This document shows, piece after piece, positions 1 through 8,958 of a stretch of 41,011 nucleotides of DNA. The DNA comes from a virus (lineage: Duplodnaviria > Caudoviricetes): IMG/VR virus record IMGVR_UViG_3300003375_000055, positions 1 to 41,011 of that record. The stretch is one strand, 5' to 3'. The notes beneath the pieces were generated by a model, which made no database searches, was not told the origin of the DNA, and worked only from the letters and a program-made list of their open reading frames with translations. How positions within the stretch are numbered: the first letter of the stretch is position 1; each line of letters starts with the position of its first letter. A program made the translations under genes and the position numbers.

Positions 1-243
1 CTCGCCAAAATGAGGCTCTAGCACATATACATTCTTCTCGATGTCCTGTGGCACGCTGCTGTATTTAGAAAACCACACGGTGTGTCCCGACTTCGTATAA
101 TACCCGACGATAGTTTCTAAAGACAACGACACCTCGGGTCTTACCTCTTGTCGGTTCATTGCAACATCATACCCATCTAACATGACAACCTCAGCTTGAT
201 CTGGTAACTTTTCCAGTAGTGCTATGAGCGCTTCCTTCTTCAT
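1..243 (-). CDS. Hypothetical protein, runs off window edge (MKKEALIALLEKLPD...)
   Basis: ATG overlaps the TGA of the upstream nuclease (ATGA); frame open to position 1; not in ORF track. Confidence 0.7.
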   Translation of the reverse strand, partial: MKKEALIALLEKLPDQAEVVMLDGYDVAMNRQEVRPEVSLSLETIVGYYTKSGHTVWFSKYSSVPQDIEKNVYVLEPHFGE

Positions 244-1322
244 ACCTTCACCAAGTTCTTCATAGAACCGCGGAAGCATAAGTCTCGATAAACACAAGGG
301 CCTCCGAAAGTATTATTGCAGCTATTGAGGTTACGAGTAAACTTACCGTGCTTAATAGCCTCATTAACATCATCAAAGTTTTCCACAACCACTTGTTCTG
401 TTTGTTGAGGTATCTCATCCACTATAAACTGTATAGCAATATCAGGATCAATTACTTCGGCCCATTCTCCAGCGCAACGTTTCCCAGCAATAACATTATC
501 GCAAGTCTTAGCTCGTCCGCCACTTCCATCATACCCGCAACTCATGCAGGTCTTCTTACGATTCTTAATCACTTGCTTACGCAAAACAATATAGCCAGCC
601 TTACGTGTTTTGTATTCGCTCTCTAGCATGTGAACATACAAGGACAACTGCGGAGATGTCACCACGCTGTCTTCTTCGTACTCCATAGCAGATGTTTTAT
701 TATCTAAGATAACAGTGCCTATGTCCTTAACATCAGCAATCAAATCTACATAACCAATTACTTCATCGCCACTATCATTCTGTAATGATACATGCTTCTG
801 TACGGCATGTACCTTCTCAATGCGGGGCAACACCTTCTCAGTGTAAGCAGTAAGCATCAACAGTCCTTTAGCTTTAAGACTGCACCAATTCATAATATTA
901 TAAAAGCGTTTCTCTTCTAAACTTAAAGACTGATAACCGGATGCTTTCTTTTTCTTTCTTAGTTCATCGTAAGCTTCGGATGGTGGCAGTGATGATATAT
1001 TAAAAGCCGCGGCAGTAAGTAGGTCGTCTGAAGTAATTAACTCAGCATCATAATCCGCATCAGCATACACTAAGTCAGTACATGTGGGTAGATAGGTGTT
1101 TACATTATTTACTCGTTGATGCGAAAAGCTTTTAATAAACTCAGCAACAGCATCTTGATCTGGTGCTGTAAGTAATACATTAAGAGCGTTGTCTAATGCG
1201 CTACCAAAGCACAAGGCTGCGCTCATCACAGTAGACCTAATGCGTTGGTTGTAATGGAAGTCGTAGCTTTTCTGACACAGCATAAACTTACTTACTTGGC
1301 TGTGACTAAGTTTTGTTTTCAT
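240..1322 (-). CDS. PD-(D/E)XK exonuclease, Cas4/AddB-like, with Fe-S cysteines and a Cys-rich insertion
   Basis: N-terminal LSHSQ...C; GYVDLI...ILDNKTS and QLSLY motifs; C-terminal C-x7-C-x5-C; internal CMSC...C...C; SD GGAGG. Confidence 0.85.
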   Translation of the reverse strand: MKTKLSHSQVSKFMLCQKSYDFHYNQRIRSTVMSAALCFGSALDNALNVLLTAPDQDAVAEFIKSFSHQRVNNVNTYLPTCTDLVYADADYDAELITSDDLLTAAAFNISSLPPSEAYDELRKKKKASGYQSLSLEEKRFYNIMNWCSLKAKGLLMLTAYTEKVLPRIEKVHAVQKHVSLQNDSGDEVIGYVDLIADVKDIGTVILDNKTSAMEYEEDSVVTSPQLSLYVHMLESEYKTRKAGYIVLRKQVIKNRKKTCMSCGYDGSGGRAKTCDNVIAGKRCAGEWAEVIDPDIAIQFIVDEIPQQTEQVVVENFDDVNEAIKHGKFTRNLNSCNNTFGGPCVYRDLCFRGSMKNLVKV

Positions 1323-1337
1323 CTTCCTCCAAGGAAC

Positions 1338-1430
1338 GCCCCTACCAGCGAGCGACGTGAGGGTTGCCTAATGTAAAGACTTTATCCTCTACACTAGAGA
1401 TACACCAATGCCCAGCTCACTAGTAGGAGC
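1338..1430 (-). ncRNA. Structured 5' leader or small RNA (~93-nt long hairpin)
   Basis: 1415-1430 pairs with 1338-1353 as a 16-bp helix with 3 G-U wobbles on the minus strand; starts at the predicted +1 of a consensus promoter. Confidence 0.6.
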
Positions 1431-1436
1431 AAGATT

Positions 1437-1465
1437 ATTATAGCATTATTATTTCTGTTTGTCAA
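1437..1465 (-). promoter_or_regulatory. Sigma70-type promoter
   Basis: TTGACA-17 nt-TATAAT with extended -10 TG. Confidence 0.9.
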
Positions 1466-1468
1466 GTG

Positions 1469-1729
1469 TTATTTAGCAATAACGACTAGTTTGTATGTGG
1501 TCGATTCTGTTTCGATTACAAAAGTATCTTCATCTAACATCTCCATCTTAACGATAGGGGATGTTCTAAACCAATGATAGTCGTCTAACTCCCGGCCACC
1601 AAAGCTGTTTACAAATAGCCTGTTGTTCGTAATGCTCGCTTGACCGCAAGGCATAATAACAAATTCATTTGTATTCAAATAGGTCGGGGATAATCTTACT
1701 ACCTTATAGGCTGCGCCATCTACTAACAT
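1469..1729 (-). CDS. Hypothetical protein
   Basis: ORF with SD AGGAGG; FRTSPI motif seen in small phage proteins. Confidence 0.7.
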   Translation of the reverse strand: MLVDGAAYKVVRLSPTYLNTNEFVIMPCGQASITNNRLFVNSFGGRELDDYHWFRTSPIVKMEMLDEDTFVIETESTTYKLVVIAK

Positions 1730-1737
1730 AAGCCTCC

Positions 1738-1941
1738 TTAGTCTAATCGTATTTTGTACATGTCTTGCATCTTAGCGTCCGCGGCTTGCTTCTCTTTCCA
1801 TGTTGTGTACACAGGACAATAGTCACTGTGGTTATCTGGTTCGGCATTAGCATACACGAGCGAAGTACCACACTCACATTTAGGAGGTGGTCTTAGATCT
1901 GCGGGCTTATAACCATTCCATAGATCATACGGGTCACTCAT
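1738..1941 (-). CDS. Small putative Zn-binding protein (CECG...H..C)
   Basis: Start re-called at MSDPY after GGAGG; CxC and HxxxC residues. Confidence 0.65.
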   Translation of the reverse strand: MSDPYDLWNGYKPADLRPPPKCECGTSLVYANAEPDNHSDYCPVYTTWKEKQAADAKMQDMYKIRLD

Positions 1942-2164
1942 GCCCCTCCATCCCAGAGATACGTCTATCAACTCGTAATAGCAAGTCCTCTGATGCTAGG
2001 TGGAATTCATTAACCCACGGTAGGATTGTTGTGTTTATGTTTGCTGGGCGTTCGGTGGTGACAAAGCCTCCCATGCTTAGCAGCTGCCCGAAGCGCAGGC
2101 TTGGTTGTTTATTAATTAGCTTATGTAATCTACTTAACAATACACTATTGATTTCATGATTCAT
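1934..2164 (-). CDS. Hypothetical protein (P-x-LRFGQL motif)
   Basis: ORF with SD GGAG; PSLRFGQLL motif common in small phage proteins. Confidence 0.7.
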   Translation of the reverse strand: MNHEINSVLLSRLHKLINKQPSLRFGQLLSMGGFVTTERPANINTTILPWVNEFHLASEDLLLRVDRRISGMEGHE

Positions 2165-2293
2165 GTTGTCTCCATCTTATACACTACGTAGGCTAGGAGC
2201 AAGCCTCCCAGAAGCATCCACAATGAGAACACTACTTCGTCCCTATTTCTATTAAAGAACCCAGGTCCCCGCGGCTTATTATCCACAACAAGT

Positions 2294-2788
2294 TTAAGTG
2301 ACATACTTACTCCTTATATATTCCTTGATTGTTAGTAGAGCTTTATACTTCGCGTCTCTTACGGCGCGTTGTGATGTGTTAAGTAGCACACTAATATACT
2401 CCACACTATAACCTTTTAGGATGTAGTTGATGGCTTGTGCAGGGCGTTTCTTTAGGGTTGCAAATCCTTCCACTGCTAAGTTGGTTAGCGTTTCTTTTTC
2501 GACCATCTCTTCTGTGTTGTCCTCTATACTATAGTCTCCTTCCATGCTAGATGTTTTGATGAGTGTATAGTGTCGCCGCATCTTAGGTACGAGTCTCGTA
2601 AGCATAACAGTAAGGAAGCTTAGTGGCTTCTCTACTACTTTATCTCGGATCTTCGCTACTTGGAAATACAATTGCTGTAGCATGTCCTCAGCATCGAACA
2701 TCCAATTATTTCCATAACCAAACTTCATTCGTGCAATTCTTAACAGCGCGCCGTAGTTAATCAGATACTCCTGCTCCAGCGTCAACAT
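2294..2788 (-). CDS. Phage RNA polymerase sigma factor, ECF/sigma70-like
   Basis: DAEDMLQQLY region-2-like motif; C-terminal HTH (GYSVEYISVLLNTSQRAVR); start re-called after GGAGG. Confidence 0.7.
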   Translation of the reverse strand: MLTLEQEYLINYGALLRIARMKFGYGNNWMFDAEDMLQQLYFQVAKIRDKVVEKPLSFLTVMLTRLVPKMRRHYTLIKTSSMEGDYSIEDNTEEMVEKETLTNLAVEGFATLKKRPAQAINYILKGYSVEYISVLLNTSQRAVRDAKYKALLTIKEYIRSKYVT

Positions 2789-2969
2789 CAATACCTCCAA
2801 CAAGTTTCAATGGTTGCATAACAAACTTCTCATTCGGATATAACAGAACACCTGAACTCAACGTCATCTTAACCCAATACTCACTGACCTCTACATCATC
2901 TCCCATGTCTTCAATTAAACTATACAGTTCTATTATCAAGTCTGACGCTCTCATATTTAGTTGATGCAT
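2757..2969 (-). CDS. Hypothetical protein
   Basis: ORF in tightly packed operon; start re-called after GGAG. Confidence 0.55.
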   Translation of the reverse strand: MHQLNMRASDLIIELYSLIEDMGDDVEVSEYWVKMTLSSGVLLYPNEKFVMQPLKLVGGIDVDAGAGVSD

Positions 2970-3257
2970 AATAACACTCCGTGCCCTTCGGCAAATAGTT
3001 CTGTACAATAGGACTGCCCCATCTTATATCCGGTGGATTTAATTACCCCAGACACACATAGTAAAACAAGTATAAGCATAAGTCCAGCAATCAGTTTCAT
3101 TTAATCTCCTTCGGTTTGTTAATGATTTTGACAGGGCGTACAAGCAATGCCGTACCATTGATGTAACGTAGCACGGCGCTCATATCTTTAAGTCCTTTAC
3201 TACCATGGCGTGCTATCAAAGAGTTCAAAGCCTTCTGTACTATCTTAGTGTTACTCA

Positions 3258-3497
3258 TTAGTCCGCCTCGATGCTAGTGAGATCCTGCGCCACTTCTTTT
3301 CCTTGCGCCAGAATTGTGATGGCACCAAGTCCTACCGCCACACTTAACACAGCCTCAACATAAGCTCGTGCCACTTGTTGCTTGTTGTCTAGATGTCGAT
3401 CTAAAACTTCCGACATATAAAACTTCTGGGCTTGACTGAACACGTCATCTAAGTCTTGTCTGGACATAAAGTTAAAACTGTTAGCATCCAACTTCAT
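3258..3497 (-). CDS. Hypothetical protein
   Basis: ATGA overlap with upstream gene, SD GGAGG. Confidence 0.7.
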   Translation of the reverse strand: MKLDANSFNFMSRQDLDDVFSQAQKFYMSEVLDRHLDNKQQVARAYVEAVLSVAVGLGAITILAQGKEVAQDLTSIEAD

Positions 3498-3754
3498 AAC
3501 ACCTCCCCATCCTCTCCTCGTTCTTCTTCTTGAAATTCAGCTCCTAAAGAGATGAGCATGTTCTTAGCAGCGATCTTAATCTTGTGCAATGATGTGCCTA
3601 CTACTCGAATGTCCTTAGCTCCATTGATATGAATGAATCCTTCCTTAGTACCAGGACGCAAGCTTACTCGGGCCTCACCATCCTTGATTGGAATGTACCT
3701 AGCCGATACATACGAGTCTTCTGTTTCTTTAATGTAACGAATTCTTGTTGCCAT
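3494..3754 (-). CDS. Hypothetical protein
   Basis: SD AGGAG, operon packing. Confidence 0.7.
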   Translation of the reverse strand: MATRIRYIKETEDSYVSARYIPIKDGEARVSLRPGTKEGFIHINGAKDIRVVGTSLHKIKIAAKNMLISLGAEFQEEERGEDGEVL

Positions 3755-3989
3755 ATATGCTGCTCCTTATGGAGTCGATAACCCCATCGATAAAAGATTG
3801 AATGATCTTGTCTTGTTTTACAATGAGGAATGTTTCTGCGTCAGCATCGGGAATACATTCCCTGATAACATTCTCTATGTAATAGTGTACTACTGTTTCT
3901 AGATCTGTTTGAATATACTTCAACATCGATAGGTCCTGAAGTATTTGCTCTTCATTCTCTATCAGATGCTTGTATACTTCACGTATCAC
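3729..3989 (-). CDS. Hypothetical protein
   Basis: ORF, operon packing. Confidence 0.6.
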   Translation of the reverse strand: MIREVYKHLIENEEQILQDLSMLKYIQTDLETVVHYYIENVIRECIPDADAETFLIVKQDKIIQSFIDGVIDSIRSSIYGNKNSLH

Positions 3990-4145
3990 GTTTCTTTACC
4001 ACAGTGTAGGATATTGTACTGGCTTCCCTATTCAGAGAATATACAACATCCCTAAAAGGGTGTCCTTGAATTAACCAATGATAAAGAAACTTAGCAATAC
4101 TATATACGATAAATATTTCTATTAAGATTTCTAACATGATTCTCC

Positions 4146-4379
4146 TTAATGTTTCGTAGCGTGTTCTTCGATCGTAAGACTTAGCATTACCTCCCCATTA
4201 TTGTTAGTGATGTTTATCTTACCCATCTCTTCCAGCAGAATACAAGCAGCCTTAATGTTCGCCACTTCTTGCAGGTCCTCAGTTAAAGCAAACTCTTTGT
4301 TACGCGCCAACTGAGATACAATAAACTCCCGTTCAACCATATTATAAATAGCTCCCTTTAATGCTTCCATGTTATTCAT
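4146..4379 (-). CDS. Hypothetical protein immediately downstream of amidoligase
   Basis: Start re-called at MNNMEALK, overlapping the amidoligase stop. Confidence 0.6.
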   Translation of the reverse strand: MNNMEALKGAIYNMVEREFIVSQLARNKEFALTEDLQEVANIKAACILLEEMGKINITNNNGEVMLSLTIEEHATKH

Positions 4380-5112
4380 TTGCAGCAATCCTATTCTCCA
4401 TATACTTTTGTAAACGTATTGGTAATGCTTTAGTGCTTCGTGTTTGTCGCATAGCAAAGTTGCCGTCAACAGTATTGATTAAGAACCTTACCCAATTAAA
4501 AATTGCCTTAGTGTCAATAGTACCTTCATGCACTCGCACCTCTACAGTAGAGTATTCTTGCATACAATCTTCAGTATGTATAGTATGATACTTACTGATA
4601 CTTCCCAAATCCTTTACCTTATGTACATTAACTGGGCGACAGTATTGATTGATTCGACGTGACTTAGGAACGCTCTTAAGCATTAAGCTTTGTACATTTA
4701 ATAGTTTAGTGACGCTATCTGTAAACTTTCTATTACGCATATCAAGATGAACATGCAGTCCACAAGTGTTATTAACTTCTGCGGAAGCCTCTGTAAATAA
4801 TGTGTCGAGCTTACTAAGCAACGGCTTAAGCTCCTCTTGTTTACTTAGCACTTGTAGTTCAAGTCCAGTACCCTTTGAACGAACGCCTAAACCTCGGCAC
4901 ACTTCACATACATCGCCATAGCTGTCTAATAGCGGACAAGATTCATGCCCGAAAGCCCCGTTAACTTTAACGCTCCCGTCGTAAGTCAAAGTAACATTGT
5001 TATTAAGTTTATGTTTTCGTATAAGTCTTTCAACGCTCGCAGCTGTTAGAGGAGTTATAAACTCAATCTCAACTCCTACGTACTTATCATTTGTCTTAGG
5101 CATCAAGGACAT
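4372..5112 (-). CDS. Putative amidoligase (glutamine synthetase/GCS-fold COOH-NH2 ligase, Amidoligase_2-like), copy 2
   Basis: YVGVEIEF, DGS, GLELQV, TCGLHVHLD, TVEVR motifs; Cys/His insertion HESC...CEVC. Confidence 0.85.
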   Translation of the reverse strand: MSLMPKTNDKYVGVEIEFITPLTAASVERLIRKHKLNNNVTLTYDGSVKVNGAFGHESCPLLDSYGDVCEVCRGLGVRSKGTGLELQVLSKQEELKPLLSKLDTLFTEASAEVNNTCGLHVHLDMRNRKFTDSVTKLLNVQSLMLKSVPKSRRINQYCRPVNVHKVKDLGSISKYHTIHTEDCMQEYSTVEVRVHEGTIDTKAIFNWVRFLINTVDGNFAMRQTRSTKALPIRLQKYMENRIAANE

Positions 5113-5139
5113 AAATTCTCCTTACTCGTTTGTTGAGCA

Positions 5140-5868
5140 CTAGGCTCTGGTTATAAACTTGTTAATAGCGTTCGCATAGTTTTCCAATGTCGTGCCTTCA
5201 AGTCCTGGCGCTGTGTTTACTTCTAGCACAGCTGCTCGCTTATCTGCTTCTCTATATAATATATCCACCGCACCGAACTGTAATCCTAAAGCACCTACTG
5301 CTGCAATAGAAGCAGCATATACAATCTTAGGACTTGTGATGTTGTCTCTACAAAACACCCAGCCCCCATTAGCGTTCTTAATATAGCTATCAGTCTGCGC
5401 TCCATTACGCCGTCGCTTCTTTTGTACATCTATTACTGAACCCGCAAACACATGTACTCTATACTCATGAGCCTTCATATACTTCGTGTATAACTTCGCG
5501 TCGGCCCAGTCAACTGCCGACAACACTTGTATGCCATCTCCCTTGCTACCTACTATGTTCGTCCTAGCTAATACAACATCGCCGCCATCAAGCCAACTGT
5601 TTGCTTCATTAGCGTCGCATGTCCAATCAACTGTAGGAATGTTGTTGTCCTTAAGCATTTCAAATGTAGATAGTTTGTTACATGCAATTGCCGCCTCATT
5701 GTTAATGATGTTGTTAGTGCCTATTACATCAGGACCATTGCCCCAACGTAACACTACATCACTAAGCTTCAATCGTTTACTGCCATTGATACGAACAACT
5801 CCCAACCTTTCTGCCAGCGCCTTAGCACTGGTGCTTGCTTGCTTGTAAGGTAGAATAAACAATCTCAT
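5140..5868 (-). CDS. ATP-grasp ligase (RimK/glutathione synthetase-like, phiEco32-type)
   Basis: RWG, NKLSTF, GDGI, EYRVHVF, FGAVDI, LEVNTAPGL motifs. Confidence 0.88.
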   Translation of the reverse strand: MRLFILPYKQASTSAKALAERLGVVRINGSKRLKLSDVVLRWGNGPDVIGTNNIINNEAAIACNKLSTFEMLKDNNIPTVDWTCDANEANSWLDGGDVVLARTNIVGSKGDGIQVLSAVDWADAKLYTKYMKAHEYRVHVFAGSVIDVQKKRRRNGAQTDSYIKNANGGWVFCRDNITSPKIVYAASIAAVGALGLQFGAVDILYREADKRAAVLEVNTAPGLEGTTLENYANAINKFITRA

Positions 5869-6161
5869 ACTATAGCTCCTGGTAAGTTTTCTATATTTGA
5901 AAAGAAGTTAAAGCCCATTCCATTTCCTGTTAGTCCCGATGCTAGTCCAGATCGAGGTGCCGTAGTATCAATTGCAACCCGTCCTGAATATTGTGTACCA
6001 CCATAAACAAGGTAATACCCCCTACCAAAATAACCATTACCAAAGACAACAGTGTAGATTGCATCAGTTCCGTTTTCATTTAACAACTCCTCATGCCAGG
6101 TATTAAAACCATAATGATCACTATCGCGGAGCTTAGCTTTCATTCCAACTCTTATCTTCAT
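5865..6161 (-). CDS. Hypothetical Gly/Tyr-rich protein within the ligase cluster
   Basis: ATGA overlaps on both sides. Confidence 0.65.
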   Translation of the reverse strand: MKIRVGMKAKLRDSDHYGFNTWHEELLNENGTDAIYTVVFGNGYFGRGYYLVYGGTQYSGRVAIDTTAPRSGLASGLTGNGMGFNFFSNIENLPGAIV

Positions 6162-7129
6162 GCGCCACTTCCATACAAGAGAGTGTCTTGTTGTATCTCC
6201 ATGTCTGATAACTTACGAACAACACCGCGTGATGAGAGGATGCCTTTGCTTGTTGGTGCAGCACCATAGTAGTTGGTGCCTGTGTATTCTTTATGTCCCA
6301 TGTAAGATGGCGTGATAACTTTACGTTCTGTAAATCGTAACACAGATCCAATGAGGTTGCCAGTGATGGCATCAAGCCGCATGAAGTGTTCAGACTTAAA
6401 CTCAAACACATCACCACACTTATACTTAAGCATCCTACAAGCTTCCTCAATATCCTTACCATCAGTAGAGAATACATAAGTACCCAACTCACTTACATAA
6501 GCAAAAGATAATCTAGCACCACTGCGAAAGATGTCCATGGACTTCGTGTCTGCCGACATAATACCCGCAGCATAATATCCTTCTAGTTCATTAACACTTA
6601 GCTGAATGTTCTTAGGACTTGATAGCACATCTCTATTAAGATAGGACACTAGGATGGCCTCGCTATCACAAGTGGATAACGTAAGCTTAAAGTCTTTATC
6701 GTTTCTAATCACACCATTATGAATCAGTGCGTGTTTGTTATCTGTGGTAACAAAGGGATGTGTGTTGCGCATACCTTTAGCGGATGTTGCGAACCTAGTG
6801 TGCAGCATAATAGCTACAGTGTCTGCCCAGTTTTCTTCCCCAAAGCTATTCATCTCAGGAGTAGTTTCTTGTAATAGTTTATCTTCAATCAATCCCGGAA
6901 ACTTCTTATGGGCTCGTACAGCGTGTGGGTTGGCGCTATACTTCTCAACCCATGCATCATCGTTATCCAACCATCGTTGCCCATACAACTTACCATCCTT
7001 AGTCATAGCAACATAACCTAATCCATCAGTGTTACTCTTAGACATAAGCTGTCCAATAACCGTGGAGAAGTTATATACATTGCTTGTGTTCTTTTCTTTT
7101 ATGCCAGCCATCAGCATTACTTTACACAT
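6158..7129 (-). CDS. Class II (Ntn) glutamine amidotransferase
   Basis: N-terminal Met-Cys nucleophile; DGLG, HTRFAT, HPF, HNG, CDSE motifs. Confidence 0.9.
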   Translation of the reverse strand: MCKVMLMAGIKEKNTSNVYNFSTVIGQLMSKSNTDGLGYVAMTKDGKLYGQRWLDNDDAWVEKYSANPHAVRAHKKFPGLIEDKLLQETTPEMNSFGEENWADTVAIMLHTRFATSAKGMRNTHPFVTTDNKHALIHNGVIRNDKDFKLTLSTCDSEAILVSYLNRDVLSSPKNIQLSVNELEGYYAAGIMSADTKSMDIFRSGARLSFAYVSELGTYVFSTDGKDIEEACRMLKYKCGDVFEFKSEHFMRLDAITGNLIGSVLRFTERKVITPSYMGHKEYTGTNYYGAAPTSKGILSSRGVVRKLSDMEIQQDTLLYGSGA

Positions 7130-7152
7130 CTTAATTGCCTTTCGTTAATTGT

Positions 7153-8361
7153 TTAAGCAGCTACTGTTGGTTCGTAATTGGATTCTGTTACGCTCTCATT
7201 ACTGAATAAATCTATTCGCTCCTTGACATAGTCTTTCAACGCGCCTGTTATATTATATCCTTTTGAAAATCCGCTAAGGGTTTTAAAAGATTGTTTACGT
7301 GGCGTACCTTTTGCAGTAAGCAACGCAGGTGCGTTTACAATCGTCGTAAGTAACTTAATCCAATTGTTAATCTTAAGTGCGTTGACTGTACCACCATGAG
7401 AACGAACCTCCAACGTTTTATATTTTCTATAAGCGTCTGCGTTAAGAACATAATAGCGATCACCTAATTCTACTTGTGATAGGAATTGGCTTTCTTTATT
7501 GCGCTTGCAATATCGTGTTGCACTGCGGCCACTACGTCGCTCTTCACTTACCATAAGCATCATGATAGGAAGTGCTTTATATAATTTACTATAGCTCGCT
7601 GCTACATCTCGTTGTCGCATGTCAATATGAACATGCATCCCACATGTATGATTAGCTCGTGCTCGTATGTTAGCGCCTTGTAATACAGCGCACAACTTAG
7701 ACACTACATCAGCCACTTCATTTTCTTTAGCCATCAACACAACCTCAATACCAATCTCACCATCTCCAATATCCCTAATGCTACCATCATCTTTTATTTG
7801 ACAGTGACGTTCAAGCTTAGCCTCCACTAAAGCTTTGCGCAGTGTTACCTTACTACACTTAACAATACATTCTAATTCTACACCAACATAGTTGGCCTTG
7901 TCAAATGTAAGGGGAGTCTTCTCCGCAGCTAAGCGAAGCGAAGCATCTACAGTGCCGACAAGTTCTTTAAAGACGTTGGGCTTAGTGAGCACACCACCTA
8001 TAACATCATATGCATATCCTAGGTGATTAACAGAACGAATGTTCATCTCCTTAAGTTTAGCGCGCTCTCTTCTAATACTACGAAACTTCGCATCGCGAGC
8101 TTCCTTAATATCTCGTGCAGTGATGCGAGTGTATTGCCATGGAATGATTACGCTCTCCTTACCATGTTGCATCTTAAAGCCAAAGAATGTTTGCTGGTAT
8201 TCTTTTATGTTGATTCGTAATTGTTTAATATGATTAGTATTAGTGCGCTTACCATTCGGTACTCGCGTTGTATCATTGCGCAATTGTTTAATTGTTTTAT
8301 ACATCTCTGCTACAGTAGCACGATCTTCTTTTGTCCAGATAACTTCTAAGAATCGTTTCAT
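7153..8361 (-). CDS. Putative amidoligase, copy 1, with basic N-terminal extension
   Basis: YVGVELEC, DGSI, GIEVV, TCGMHVHID, TLEVR motifs. Confidence 0.85.
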   Translation of the reverse strand: MKRFLEVIWTKEDRATVAEMYKTIKQLRNDTTRVPNGKRTNTNHIKQLRINIKEYQQTFFGFKMQHGKESVIIPWQYTRITARDIKEARDAKFRSIRRERAKLKEMNIRSVNHLGYAYDVIGGVLTKPNVFKELVGTVDASLRLAAEKTPLTFDKANYVGVELECIVKCSKVTLRKALVEAKLERHCQIKDDGSIRDIGDGEIGIEVVLMAKENEVADVVSKLCAVLQGANIRARANHTCGMHVHIDMRQRDVAASYSKLYKALPIMMLMVSEERRSGRSATRYCKRNKESQFLSQVELGDRYYVLNADAYRKYKTLEVRSHGGTVNALKINNWIKLLTTIVNAPALLTAKGTPRKQSFKTLSGFSKGYNITGALKDYVKERIDLFSNESVTESNYEPTVAA

Positions 8362-8546
8362 ACTTCCTCCTCTATTAGTTTCATATACTCGTCTGTATAG
8401 CCCCAGACAATACCATCATCGTTCTCTACAATCTTATATTCAATACCTTCGCTGTCAATATATTTCCGTACAACATTATATTGTTTACCTAACGTTATCA
8501 GATAGCTTTCCTTTATACATTCAACTACCATATATATACCAGTCAA
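8358..8546 (-). CDS. Small beta-barrel-like protein (T-x-GK-x-Y motif), paralog of 9142-9357
   Basis: C...ITLGKQYNV...I..DDG pattern. Confidence 0.65.
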   Translation of the reverse strand: MTGIYMVVECIKESYLITLGKQYNVVRKYIDSEGIEYKIVENDDGIVWGYTDEYMKLIEEEV

Positions 8547-8958
8547 GTCCTTTCCCTACAGTGTCAATAGCATTAACGAACAGCTTGTTATGTTTCCTAT
8601 TAACAACACTACATAGCATCGTTGGGATAGTAACAGAGTTAACTAGCTCTCTTACTGCTTCGTAAGTAAGCATATCAATCTCTTCATCTGTATCCTTATC
8701 AATGCCTACTGCCTTAGCCTGCGTCACTAACAAGGCGATGTCAAATCCTTTCTCGATAAAGAACAACACACCACCTGGCATAATGTTGCTTGACATACAC
8801 AGCTTAATATACTTCTCATATGTAATAGGAAACTCTTTACGAAACACTTCCTGATGCCTGCTAGTGAGCACACCTTGAACATTAACATCAATCACAATCG
8901 TACCCATGTCGGGAGTGAATGAAGTTATAAACTTATCCTTCGTAATAAACTTACGCAT
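8521..8958 (-). CDS. Degenerate macrodomain, DarG/TARG1-like
   Basis: VNVQGVL...FRKEFP..YEKY...C....PG pattern resembles the DarG macro N-terminus; glycine loop and catalytic Lys appear substituted. Confidence 0.6.
   Translation of the reverse strand: MRKFITKDKFITSFTPDMGTIVIDVNVQGVLTSRHQEVFRKEFPITYEKYIKLCMSSNIMPGGVLFFIEKGFDIALLVTQAKAVGIDKDTDEEIDMLTYEAVRELVNSVTIPTMLCSVVNRKHNKLFVNAIDTVGKGLDWYIYGS

Noticed and set aside
348-8665. Plus-strand ORFs in the early region (e.g. 348-626, 5486-5848, 8243-8665) and minus-strand ORFs inside late genes (e.g. 27580-28056)
   Set aside because: Antisense shadows of well-supported genes, with no SD or recognisable motifs
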